Source: Eledone cirrhosa
Lineage: Eukaryota
Direction of reading: 5' to 3'
DNA length: 64,000 nt
Assembly (NCBI GenBank): GCA_964016885.1
Contig: OZ024740.1
Span: forward strand, 117,924,001 to 117,988,000
In this document: positions 1-11,699 of the stretch, in pieces
Layout: each line of letters starts with the position of its first letter
Position numbering within the stretch: the first letter of the stretch is position 1
Notes under the pieces: generated by a model
Told to the model about the DNA's origin: nothing
The model's input: the letters and a program-made list of their open reading frames with translations, nothing else
Databases searched by the model: none
Made by a program: the position numbers and the translations under genes

Positions 1-104
1 CCTTTGCTCCCTATAAAAGCTTCACGGCACAGGCATTGCTTTATATCTGGAGATCTCTCTGCACTTGTCGTCACATGGTACCATGGGCCCAGCACTATGT
101 GTCA

Positions 105-205
105 ATAATTGTCACAAGTGTAGTGTTTGTACCAGAGTTTTCAAGTCGCTGGCTGGACTAAAAAGTCACACTAGTTCAGCGCATCGGTAGGGGTTCTCCT
201 ACATG
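105..205 (+). mobile_element. 3' end of RTE-type LINE or RTE-derived SINE (C2H2-like tail)
   Basis: Translates as HKCSVCTRVFKSLAGLKSH, like the terminal C2H2 motif of RTE/BovB ORFs. The upstream gcacaggcattgc is echoed near 11140. Confidence 0.4.
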
Positions 206-297
206 GATATAAAGTAGTCGCCGTTCTCGAATACGAGTTGGCAGCCACCAAATATATATATACATACATATATACATACATACGCACATACATACAA

Positions 298-330
<33 letters not shown>

Positions 331-343
331 CATATATATACAT

Positions 344-380
<37 letters not shown>

Positions 381-469
381 GGTGTGTATGTAGGTGTTTA
401 TATATTTTTATATTTTTATATTTGTATGTCTGTGTATATATATATATGTATATACATATATATATATAT

Positions 470-1138
470 TGAAAGGATAACAAGGACGATTGGTTACTCC
501 TTCATTACATTTATTGGTAGGTGACGCGCGTTTCGCCACTGATCAGCTAAAGCTTCGATCTGTATCGATCCTACCCGACTCAATGATCGGCAGCTCGACG
601 GACCCTTTAAAATGCTATAAGAAAATGAAATACATGCTATGTGGTAAAGACAGAAGTTCAAGAGTTTGACAATATGAGTTGTCTTGATTGGTGGGAAGGA
701 TCAATGTATTGGCCTGTAGTGCATGTGGGGGTGGATGTGAAGATAAAATGTTGGTGACGGTCGTTGGCTGCGGTGGGCTGTGGTGTGGTGGTGGCGGATT
801 GGCTTTGGCCCGTAGTGTATGTGGTGGTGGAGGAGATGATAAGATGTTGGTGACGGTCGCTGGCTGCGGTGGGCTGTGGTGTGGTGGTGGCGGATTGGCT
901 TTGGCCTGTAGTGTATGTGGAGGTGGTTGTGATGATAAGATGATGGTGATGGTCGGTAACTGGGATGGGCTGTGATGTGGGCTTAGTGTGTTGTCGGTAG
1001 ACGGGTGGGCGTGTGTGGGGTGTGGTTGTGGTGTTGTTGTTTCTGGTAGTGGCGTTTGAGGTGGTGTGGTGTATGTGTTGGTGGTGCCGAGCCCATGGGG
1101 AGATACATACCTAGACACTCTTAGTCTGACAAATACGT

Positions 1139-1140
<2 letters not shown>
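470..1140 (-). mobile_element. Non-autonomous PLE-like repeat with hammerhead-like motif and 3 x 96-bp internal repeat
   Basis: Inverted near-copy at ~16850-17410. The minus strand reads ctgatca-gtggc-gaaac-gcgc-gtc then aataaa. The 96-bp units start at 709, 805 and 901. Flanked by (TA)n. Confidence 0.6.
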
Positions 1141-1199
<59 letters not shown>

Positions 1200-1516
1200 G
1201 TGCCTATATACTGACATATATACATATGTACACACCTACATACACACACATGCACGCGCCCACATAGATCCACACACACATATAGCTATATGCATATATA
1301 CACACCTGCATGTGCATGCGCGCGTGTGGATATATATAGAGTGGGGGAGTATCGGTGGCGTTGGCGTAGAACAAAGATAGAGGGAAGGTGAGAGCCAATG
1401 GGGATGGTGTTGTACCTATAGACATATACACACATACACACATACTGATATGCACACATACACGTACACACACGTATACATAAACATACACATACACACA
1501 TACATACATACATACA

Positions 1517-1548
<32 letters not shown>

Positions 1549-1558
1549 CACACATATG

Positions 1559-1630
<72 letters not shown>

Positions 1631-1633
<3 letters not shown>

Positions 1634-1765
1634 TTAATATAGATGAGATTCTACAGGACTAGAACTGTTTCATTCTTTAGAAATCATCAGGATTCTCAGT
1701 GATTCCTGATGATTTCTAAAGAATGAAACAGCTCTAGTCCTGTAGAATCTCATCTATATTAAAAC
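1631..1765. repeat. Near-perfect palindrome (foldback) carrying hammerhead motifs on both strands
   Basis: gttttaatatagatgagattctacagg... is reverse-complementary to ...cctgtagaatctcatctatattaaaac around a short central spacer. Confidence 0.9.
1701..1749 (+). ncRNA. Type I hammerhead ribozyme
   Basis: gattc-CTGATGA-tttc taaa gaat-GAAA-cag ctctagtc ct-GTA-gaatc. Stem I gattc/gaatc, intact core, GUA triplet. Confidence 0.75.
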
Positions 1766-1831
1766 CTTTATACTCTGCAATGTATTGAGTACCTTACTTA
1801 CTGTGGTTACCTCCGATTCAACACGGAATAA

Positions 1832-1862
<31 letters not shown>

Positions 1863-2075
1863 CGTATTAATTATACTATTTATGGTTATGTAAATACAAG
1901 AACCTTTTGCAGTTATATATATATTTTTTTTTATACAAACCCTAAATAGTGGTAGGCAGTAATATATTACTACCTTATTACCAGTAAGTTAAGTAGCTCA
2001 ATGTAAAGACATCAGATGATTTACAGAGCAGTTATATGAAATATAAGAATCAAAGAACTGTTCAAAACATTTTTG

Positions 2076-2122
2076 TGCTTACAACTGTTTCCTCCAAACC
2101 GAGGTTTGGATTCTTCGGAGCA
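2076..2122 (-). ncRNA. Hammerhead-like motif (CCGAAGA core variant)
   Basis: Minus strand: tgct-CCGAAGA-atccaaacc tc ggtttggag-GAAAC agtt GTA-agca. Confidence 0.5.
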
Positions 2123-2519
2123 ATTTATTAATGAATGAACACTTATATGACCTCCTTTTCACCCAAGAGACATACAGATACATATGCAAATATTGTGGGT
2201 CAACATTCATTACAGCATTTAGAGTGGCAGTACACACTTAGAGATCACATTCATATTAAAAGATACAATCAAAAATACAGGTTAAAATACAACATGAAAA
2301 TAAGCGGTCATATAGTGCAAATGTTATATGTGTGGCAAGCACGTGCGTCTTGTTTATATAGTGTGGCAGAGAGTTACGTGTAGTAGAAGCACTTAGGTAG
2401 GTAAACACGAGTGTTAGGTTGGTTGATCTGGTGGCAAATTCTTTATATGATTGTTATAGTCTGTGTGTGGAGAAATGATATAAGCATTAAAAATAGTGCA
2501 AGCATTATAAATATTAAAA

Positions 2520-3000
2520 ATATTGGAAATGCACAGCGAAGGGATGTTATGGACTTCATGTACTTCGAGATTTTCATAGTCAGGGGAGTGTATTTTTCAG
2601 ATTATATGCCACTCACATAATCCACGACAATTCGATATTGAGCGTTTGACAATCCAGTTAGAGAATCGTAGTCTGATGTTCTTTAGTTCAATACAGGAGG
2701 ATGTTACGTTTCGAGAATCGACATTGAATACTACCCGGAAGTGTGTGTGTGTGGCTAAGGGGAGTTAATGCATGAGGGGAGGTAACTCCGAGGTTTCTAT
2801 TACTAACTATTGAAATGTGTCTCAAAATAGACCCTAATTTCTATGGTTATGCGCAACTTCTAAAAAATTTCTAAAGCATAAAGTGTTTTAACTATAGAGT
2901 AGTCTATTAGGTTGTGCTGAAGGTGTTCGTATTATTATGGTGAATTAACCCCCATCGTAGAGTGCCACAAATGAATATTATAGACGACGAGCGAGGATTC
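2520..3000 (-). pseudogene. Highly decayed Penelope-like GIY-YIG 3' fragment
   Basis: Broken minus-strand peptides ET.HPL...TKEH and LEVHEVHNIPSLC resemble the PLE endonuclease end. An HHR-like motif lies downstream at 2076-2122. Confidence 0.3.
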
Positions 3001-3520
3001 TAAATTAATGATCTCTGTGGTTGTAGTCTACTCATAGGACCAGGCGCGGTGATTGCAGAATCACTTCAACACACAATGATCTCTGGTAAGTTCTGGGTCA
3101 TCGCTTGCTACATTGGATGTCGAAAGATAATCATCACCAGGGCCGACCAGTGGTCAATCCGCAGTCCTCATGACCCCACTCTGACCATCAAATCATCCAT
3201 ATATGTACAACCCGTACGCCAGTTGCAGTACATCCATTCTCTGCACTCAGCGTACCGGTCATACTGCTCAACAGCGTTACTAGATTAAATCGTTTTTCAT
3301 CTGTCCAAGGAAGGCACTTCCTCCGCACAACACTACCAAGCCAATCAATTCATGCTTAAATTAAACTAATATAACACAAACAGCGACATCCCTCTAGAAT
3401 CCTTCGCAGGGCGAATACCCATTTATACCTCTACGTTAGGTGTGACAACATCCACCCACTTGAACTGCACTACACCGCTCTATAGGTAATTTAAGCATGA
3501 ATTGATTGGGGGGGGGGGGG

Positions 3521-6293
3521 CTGTCGGAAAGGTGCGAAACGTGTCCTCCACTGTACGCTGTTTTGAATATCTGAGGTATTCAGCAGAGCGCGCGTGCGCA
3601 TGAAATGGGGTTGGTCAGACAGAGGTCTTGCTTGAAGCAAACTTCAATACTCTCTTATCCTTACACCTGAGCCAGGAATTGTTTGCATCCGTAAGGGAAC
3701 TGTTTAGACTGTCGGAGAAATGGGCCAATGTTGGCTGTCAAATTATTTTCCTGAAACGCTGCCTAAAAAACGATGTCATCCCCAACACCATCAGGAACAT
3801 CCGCTTACCAGTAAGCCTACGTACACCAGCTCTTCAAAACACCACTAACCGCATACATCGCACATGTATTAAACAGATCCTGAGACATCTCAACCGCCAA
3901 TTACACGTCCATAAGCGGACACTCTCAGAGCGGACACATCGACTGTCAATAAATCCCGGCGACTTGCTCCTGAAAATCACTAAAGCAATCGACCAGTGCT
4001 ACCACTCCAGAGTCCAATACGAGAAAAAACGGCTCAAGCGGAAATATGAGTGGATCTTGTCTAAACTCCACAACGAGAACACCGACACTAACAAACAGAC
4101 GGACCAGAACCACGTGGAAAACAACAACTTAACAACCGCCACCGCCGCATCCACCAACACCGAGCCACACCTCAACGATGCGACGCACCTGGTCACCGAC
4201 CTAACCGGCACTCTACGAGCGACGAGCTGAAACTCCTACACCTCGGACCCAAGTTCATTGTCTCACAACGACTCGACGACAGACTCAAACTCAACATAGA
4301 AGGCCAACTTTTGTCGAGCCGCTTACCAACTTAAATGGAAGACTGCCATCAACAGCGCCACAGAAAATAACAGCGCCCACGCAACCCACCCCAAGTTCCC
4401 CACTTTCCACCCCGACAACCCACTCCACCCTCCACCCACCAACTATGAACTCGACACTAAACTCATCAGGCTAAAACACTCCATCTCGGATATACTTCAC
4501 AAACACACACACACACACACGCACAACACACAACCTCACCAAATCTCAACTCACCACTCTCTCCAACCTAAAATCGAAGAACCTCATCTTCCTCCCCTCC
4601 AACAAGGGAAAAGAATTCTGCGTCATCAGCAGAGAGGCCTACAACACCTTGGCCCTCCAACACCTTGACGATGACAACCTCTACTCCAGGGTCACGGGAA
4701 TCACTCCCGCGCAGATAGAAGAGGACATCAACGCCGCCTGGACCAACATCTGCGACTGGCGGAAGCTCCCGAAGAAGCTGAGATACAACCTCCTCACGAG
4801 GAACAGCAGACTACCCACCTTCTACCACCGTGTGAAAACACACAAACAGGGACCGACCTGAAGATCAGGCCCATTGTATCGAACGTGGAAGGACCACTCT
4901 ACAAAATTTCATGGTTCCTAGCCAGATAACTCAAACCCATCTTAGACACCTTGCCGGGACACGTTAACAGCTCCGAGGAGGTGTTGAAGCGCCTGCACCA
5001 AATGGATCCCGATACCAGAAAGAATAACAGATATGCCTTCAGCCTTGATGTAGTCGCTCTCTACACCTCGGTCCTGGCACTCCCAACCGTCAATATACTG
5101 ATGGAAAGCGTCCAATCCACCGTCCTACACTGCTTCGGCTCACCACCACTGACATCCACCAACTCATATCCATCGTCGTCGACAACACCTACTTCGGATT
5201 CCTTGATCAAACGTACCAACAGACCTCGGGACTGCCCATGGGATCAAGCCTGTCGGGTGTGCTAGCGATCTCTTACATGGACAGCCTCGAGCGCAAGCAC
5301 TCAACGCTTGCCACCCCAACGCCGTCGCCTTTTTCTCAAGGTACGTTGACTATATCCTCATCCTCACATATTCCCAAGACTGGCGAGCAGAGTGTATGAG
5401 ACGTTCAACAACACTGACGAGAACATTGACTTCAGTGTTGAAAACCCCAACTACGACGAGTCACTTGCCCTCCTCGACTTCCGAATCAACATCACGGAAC
5501 AGGGAGGGATCCACTGCAATTTCTACCGAAACGCAGCCTGCAGGGACCTGTTCGTCCACTACAAGTCCGCCCTCCCTAACAGTGCCAAAAGAGGATACAT
5601 CACGAACGAGATCGCGCGAATCAAAAACAGATACAGTGATCCCGCGAGTGGTGTCACTCATACCAAGCGATTCCTCGAGGTGCTGGAGACGAACGGGTAC
5701 CCTACCTCGCTCACAGACAGAGTAGGAGACACCAGATACAAGAGACAGAGAAGCACCCAAGGCAAGTGCTTCCTTAAAATGCCACACCTGGTCGAGAATA
5801 CCGCAAGGCTATACGGAGGGAGGGCCTCGACATCCACCTGGCCCACTTGGGCCCCTCCCTGCGAAGATGCCTCTCCAGGAAACCCGGGAAATCAACTGAC
5901 GCGTGCCCCCACAGCGACTGCCCGATGCGCCATGCGAACTGTTGCCTACGCACATACGTCGTGTATCAGATAGAATGTAACAAGTGCAACCAATATTATA
6001 TAGGTAGCACAATCCGGCCGTTGCACATCCGGATCAAGGAACACACTAAAACCAGGGCCTCGTCTTTCCGGAAACACAGAGCCAAATGCGGAAACAAAGA
6101 CGGAAGGCCCATTGTCACAATTCTAGCGACAGAAAGAAACGTCGGCACGTTACGTATCAAGGAAGCACTATGGATCAAACGCCTAGGGCCACAACTAAAC
6201 AACCGATCCGAGAGAAGCGAAATGAGGTTGTTGGTTTAAGTTAACAAACGATGCAGCAACACACGCACACACACACACAAGCGAAACAGCAAC

Positions 6294-6329
<36 letters not shown>

Positions 6330-6659
6330 GCATTCCACCATACGAACATACTACACTGACAGTACAGAGGAACAAGGCAACAACACACGCACACACACAC
6401 TCAAGCGTGACAACACCACACGCACCCACACACACACTCAAGCGAGACAACAACACACGCCCACACACAGTAACATTCATCAAGCCGGCAGAGAATGGAC
6501 TGACAGCTAGCGCCACCCCACTCCTACAATTGAAAGAACTACTTCGGCCGCTGACCTCTGCCTGACCGACCCCATTTCACGCGCACGCGCGCTCTGCTGA
6601 ATACCTCAGATATTCAATACAACGAACAGCGGAGGACACGTTTCGCACCTTTCCGACAG
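3521..6659 (+). mobile_element. Penelope-like retroelement, near full length and frameshifted, bounded by 107-bp inverted repeats
   Basis: N-terminal FLKRCLKNDVIP. RT motifs FSLDVVALYTSV, QQTSGLPMGSSLSGVLA and RYVDYI (YVDD mutated). C-terminal GIY-YIG VVYQIECNKCNQYYIGSTIRPLHIRIKEH. Inverted repeats at 3521-3627 and 6553-6659. Confidence 0.9.
3628..6239 (+). pseudogene. PLE RT + GIY-YIG endonuclease ORF, disrupted
   Basis: Split over ORFs 3628-4230, 4649-4861, 4951-5265, 5392-5973 and 5847-6239 by stops and frameshifts. Confidence 0.88.
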
Positions 6660-7129
6660 ACAACCTTTACCCGCCCCCCTTCCACCCCCCACGAAAAAAA
6701 AACCAGTTGATGGATTTGAATCCGAAATATATAGGGACAATTAAATCTCTCCCAAGGTAACTCTTTCACGTGTTGTTATTTTTATTTTTATCCTTTACGA
6801 TCTTTCCTTCATTCCTCTACACGTTACAGCCTTATACACGCCATGCATCTCAACATACACACACTTACATCTCTCTCTCCACCACCGGATCTTGTTACGC
6901 GGACATTTACCCATCTGCATTGTCGAGGCTTCCAAACGACTTAAAGAAATTTACCTTATTATTCCACAATGCTTCAAGCAAACTTCAATACTCTCTTATA
7001 TATATATATATATATATATATACATACAGATACACATATGTGTACGCACATATATATATATAAATACTTACACACGGGCACACACACTTACGTTTGTTCG
7101 AGAGGGAAGGTATGTGTTGGCGGTACTGA

Positions 7130-7800
7130 TGTAGTTAAATGATGTTGGGGTATGGAGTTGTGGCTTGTGGTGATGGTGGTGGGGTTGTGAGCGACAAAAA
7201 TATACAGGATCGAATGATACGTTGGGTTACAGGTTAAAAGGTGACATAGGGAACGCGGGGGAAAAAATATTATGGACGTACAGCGATGTGCGTTGTGGTC
7301 GTGGTGCTGGTGCTGGGGTGATATGTTCAACAAAATGATTACATGATCAGATGTTACGGTGGGTTACAGGGTAAGGCAGACGGAGGGCGGATATAACACA
7401 GTCGATCTGGGAGTGAGGGATGATATGTGTTGATGATGTTAATGATGTTAATGATTGTTGAAGTGTGTGGATGTATCTAGTGGTGGCGGTGGTGGTGTGC
7501 GCGACAGTACATTTACAGGGTCGAATTTAGCGTGCTATTGTAGGTTACAGTAGACAGATGGAACATGGGGGAATAAGGTTGCGGGTGTGGATGGTAGACA
7601 TATGACGATGTGTGCTGTGATGGTGTTGGCGATGGTGTGATATGATCGACATTATATTTACAGGATCAGATATTACTATGGTTTGCAAGGTAAAACCTGA
7701 CAGAGAGGAAGATAGAACAGAATGTTGCAAGGATGAGGGGTGTATGGCGATGTGACTTTTGGTGGGGGTGATGTATGTGGCATGATATACAAAATACGGG
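7130..7800. repeat. Diverged G/T-rich tandem duplication (~310-bp period)
   Basis: gcgaca...tacagg.tcgaat and gtgatatg.tc.aca...ttaca.gatcagat blocks recur at ~7190/7500 and ~7320/7640. Confidence 0.45.
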
Positions 7801-7889
7801 CTTACAAATGGTTACATGCAATACAATAAAATAAATTCACTGAGATGGGCAGAGGTGGTTATTATTATGCTGGGTCATACTTTTTCCCA

Positions 7890-8450
7890 TACTTGAAAAA
7901 GATCACATCTCAATCTTGTGGAACTTTAGCATCCAAACAGACCGAAAAATAGATGCAAATAGACCTGATATAATATTGAAGGACTTTCAAAAGAGGGTAT
8001 GCCTGCTAATTGATATGACTGTTCCAATAGACAAGAATGTATCTATAAAAACATTTGAAAATTTGGGTAAGTATAAGGACCTGGAGATAGAAATTGGAAA
8101 AATGTGGAAATTGAGAACTAAAACAATACCAGTGGTTGTAGGCGCTCTGGGAATGATACCTAAGGGGTCTAATGACTACTTATCGCAAATCCCAGGAAAC
8201 CTGCGTATAGGAGAAATACAAAAGATAGTACTAATGGGAACTGCCCATATACTAAGGAAGATTCTGTCAATATAAGTACATCACAAGTCTAAACACTAAA
8301 GATGCATGTATGAATATGTATGTTGTTTCTTGAACATGGCGGACCTTGTTGTCTCTTGAGGTCACTGGTTGTGACTTGGTGATAACTCGTATGAACATAA
8401 AGCAAGATAAATGCAACTGTAATAATAATAATAATAATAATATTAATAAT
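7890..8450 (+). mobile_element. R4/Dong-like non-LTR retrotransposon 3' fragment (restriction-like endonuclease)
   Basis: ORF 7916-8275: NRPDIILKD...LIDMTVP...KYKDL...IPVVVGALG...GTAHILRK (PD-(D/E)xK RLE), then a 3' UTR and (TAA)n tail. Confidence 0.85.
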
Positions 8451-8626
8451 AATTGTTTCTACTTTAGGCACAAGGTCAGCAATTTCCCAGTACTTTATTG
8501 TATCGACCCCGTAAGGATGAAAGGCAAAGTCAACCTCGGTGGTATTTGAACTCAGATCGTTAAGGGACGTAAATATGCTGGAAAGCATGGCGTCTGACCC
8601 TCTACCGATACTGCCAATCCACCGCC
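8451..8626 (-). mobile_element. tRNA-derived SINE (cephalopod-type family A)
   Basis: Shared core tcgaccccgtaaggatgaaaggcaaagtcaacctcgg..atttgaactc, containing a B-box (gttcaaat) on the minus strand. Confidence 0.85.
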
Positions 8627-8644
8627 TTTAATAATATTAATAAT

Positions 8645-8828
8645 AATTGTTTCTACTTTAGGCACAAGGCCAGCAATTATCCAGTGCATTACTGGTAATT
8701 TATTTTATCGACCCCGTAAGGATGAAAGGCAAAGTCAACCTCGGCGGGATTTGAACTCAGATCGTAAAGGGACGTAACTATGCTGGAAAGCATGGCGTCC
8801 GACCCGCTACCGATACTGCCAATCCACC
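8645..8828 (-). mobile_element. tRNA-derived SINE family A, tandem second copy
   Basis: Near-identical to 8451-8626. Confidence 0.85.
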
Positions 8829-9129
8829 AATGTCCATTTACAATTGTTTCGGTACTCCATATAATATTTCTGGATCAAATGACTATATATCATTATTGAT
8901 CTGGTTCAGTTGAAAATAATTAATATATTTAAAAACAGAGCGGCTCATCGGAACTTCAAAGGAATATAAATTAAGATAAGGAGAGAATTATTATTATTAA
9001 TATTATTATTATTATTCTCTACATTCCTTACATCAAACTAAAATATGTTGACAATCTTTTAATAATGTCTTCCTCGTGAAATTTGTGGTCATGTTTTGTT
9101 TAACTAATGAATATATATATATATATATA

Positions 9130-9600
9130 TTATGAAAATAAAACAAAGAAGCCTTCAATACATCAAAAGTCTTTATTAGCCAAAATTAAAATTAAAATTA
9201 AAAGGCACAATATACATATGTATATATATACACACACGTACGCACATTAATTTTAATTTTAATTTTAATATTGTTACAAGTATATTATATTATATTGTAT
9301 TACATATAGTACTATAATTCCCGCTCTATATAACCACCTTTGTTTAGCTCTAGTTTTTGGCTTTGGACTATATTTGTAATATGGTTCAAAATGTTATCCA
9401 CCTCCTTAGTGATTTTTATTATATATTTTTACCCATAATCTTCCAATGTACACTCCATATTCTTCGGAGTTTTCGGCTTATATTGGCCGATAGTGCTTCT
9501 TGTAGTTTTGATTGCCCTGATGAGTCCTTAATAGGAAGAAACATTGTTGGCTAATAAAGACTTTTGATGTATTGAAGGCTTCTTTGTTTTATTTTCATAA
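9130..9600. repeat. Inverted repeat (9130-9183 / 9547-9600) element with hammerhead
   Basis: ttatgaaaataaaacaaagaagccttcaatacatcaaaagtctttattagccaa and its reverse complement. Starts at a (TA)n tract. Confidence 0.85.
9514..9551 (+). ncRNA. Minimal type I hammerhead ribozyme
   Basis: gcc-CTGATGA-gtcct taat aggaa-GAAAC att GTT-ggc then taataaa. The first stem II pair is G.A (mismatch). Confidence 0.65.
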
Positions 9601-9698
9601 TTCTTCGGCTCTGTTTAATTACATTGAGCTATACCTTTTACTGTCATTTCTATAATACGAAGAGGGTGTTTAACTCCAACACGCTCCAGTATTTTAAT

Positions 9699-9798
<100 letters not shown>

Positions 9799-9801
9799 AA
9801 T

Positions 9802-9892
<91 letters not shown>

Positions 9893-10436
9893 AATGAAAG
9901 TATAGAAATTATTGTAAGCGTGAAACCAACAGTATTTCATCATATATAAGTGACTGTAACGTCAACATGGAAAAATAGTAAACGTAAGATGTGGGAAAAT
10001 AATTCAAGCTTAATTAAAAATAAAAAATCAAGACATTGATTTGTCCACAGAATTTTGTGAAATCCAGGGAAAAATCAATAGACCCTTAATTCAGAATAAA
10101 ATACAGTCTAAATACTCATCCTACAATTTGGAAAATCTACAAATGCTCTGTATAGTCTTAACAAGTCTATTTCACGAAACTTTCAGTGGGGATGGTCACG
10201 GTTGGAACCGATCGTATGTGTGTATATGTATATATGTATGTGTGTATGTGTATGATTGTTGCGGCATCAAACGATAAAAAAAAACAACAAACAAACAAAA
10301 AAACTCAAAATAACAAAACACACACACACACGCACACAACACAACAACAACATCAACTGCCACCACCACCACCACCACCGCCGCTGCCATCACCATCACC
10401 AGCGACCGGGCCTTAAGAAAACAACTTTAATAATAA

Positions 10437-10580
10437 TAATTTTTCTGCTTTTGGCACGGATCCAGCGACAGGTCCAGCGCATTACTGGTACTCTCTTTGT
10501 TGACTCCGTGGGGATGAAAGGCAAGGTTGACCTCGGCGGGATTTAAGCGCAGAGCGTGGAGAGCCATAACTCTATGTTGC
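10437..10580 (-). mobile_element. SINE family A, diverged
   Basis: ggatgaaaggcaaggttgacctcggcgggattt core. Confidence 0.75.
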
Positions 10581-10687
10581 AAAGCAATTATAATAATACT
10601 GAACTGTAATACGAACGGCTTCAACTATACAAACTCTTGAAAGTCAACAGTTGACATAATCTTGTAATCTTGTATCAGTAATGACGG

Positions 10688-10734
<47 letters not shown>

Positions 10735-11699
10735 AGTAGCGTGTGTGTGTTTGTTTGTATGTATGAGTGTTGCTGTGTGCGCGCGTATGTATGCGTGTGT
10801 GTGCGCGCGTATGTATGCGCGTGTGTGTATGTCGTACGTATAAGTGTCAATAAGTGAGTTTTTTTTGTTTTTTTTTGCGCGGGGACATAGAAATAATCGG
10901 GCTGGATGCCCGATCGCGCAGTTAAACCACTGGGAGTGAAGAACCCCCTAGCCCTTGTCAGGGCATTCTTCTAGGAGAAGGCATCTCAGGAAACTGGGTT
11001 AACTCCGACATAAAACCTGCGGCTCAGTAGTTACCGATGATGTTGATCTTTTCATCTTTTCGGGTTATAGCTACTGTCGATCAGAGAGTGGGATTGGCTC
11101 AGTGCACAGTCTTTCCTCACTTTAAAAATATTCGTCACGTACAGGCATTGCACGAGTGCATTAATAATTATTAATAGTGTATTATTATTATTATTATTAT
11201 TGGCGACCTACGTAGTAAATCGTATCATCGTGAGCTCCGCAAAGGTTTGTTATTTTTAGTTGTTCAAAATTGCCATTCATGGAAAATTTTATTGTTAACT
11301 GTATATAAGTGCACATACATTGTTATCTGAAAAGGACACCCAAAAAGATTGGGGCCTTGAGCCCAAAATTTAAACTTTTATAATTATCAAACAAAAATTT
11401 TTCTTTGAAACATCATGGCTGACTCAGAGTAAATATTACTACGTTTGCCAACACTAAAAAATATATAAGCAGTAGCAATATTTTAAATTTGTCTCAGGCA
11501 GATATTCATTTCCCGCCATTACCAATGTCTGCAGGTGTTAAAGCCGCCACCACCACCACCACCGCGGCAACCACCACCCCATCACCACCGCGACAATAGA
11601 AACAAAAGAAAAAAATAAATTAACTCGTGATATCGAAATGAATTCAACCAAAATGAACTCTTCCACACCGAACACCACTGACGCCACCACCACCACAAC

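Noticed and set aside
688-975. Gly/Cys-rich repeat ORF (CGGG), and the Pro/His-rich antisense ORF 615-1235
   Set aside because: Product of the 96-bp G/T-rich repeat inside a dispersed element, with no support as a gene.
171-1662. ORFs rich in [12 protein letters not shown] here and throughout the window
   Set aside because: Translations of (TA)n, (TG)n and (CA)n microsatellites.
6707-6738. tgatggatttgaatccgaaatatataggg hammerhead-like piece
   Set aside because: The core and the 5' strand of stem I are missing; at most a truncated remnant.
8451-8828. tRNA-like A/B boxes in repeated elements
   Set aside because: These are SINE heads, and no complete cloverleaf was seen.
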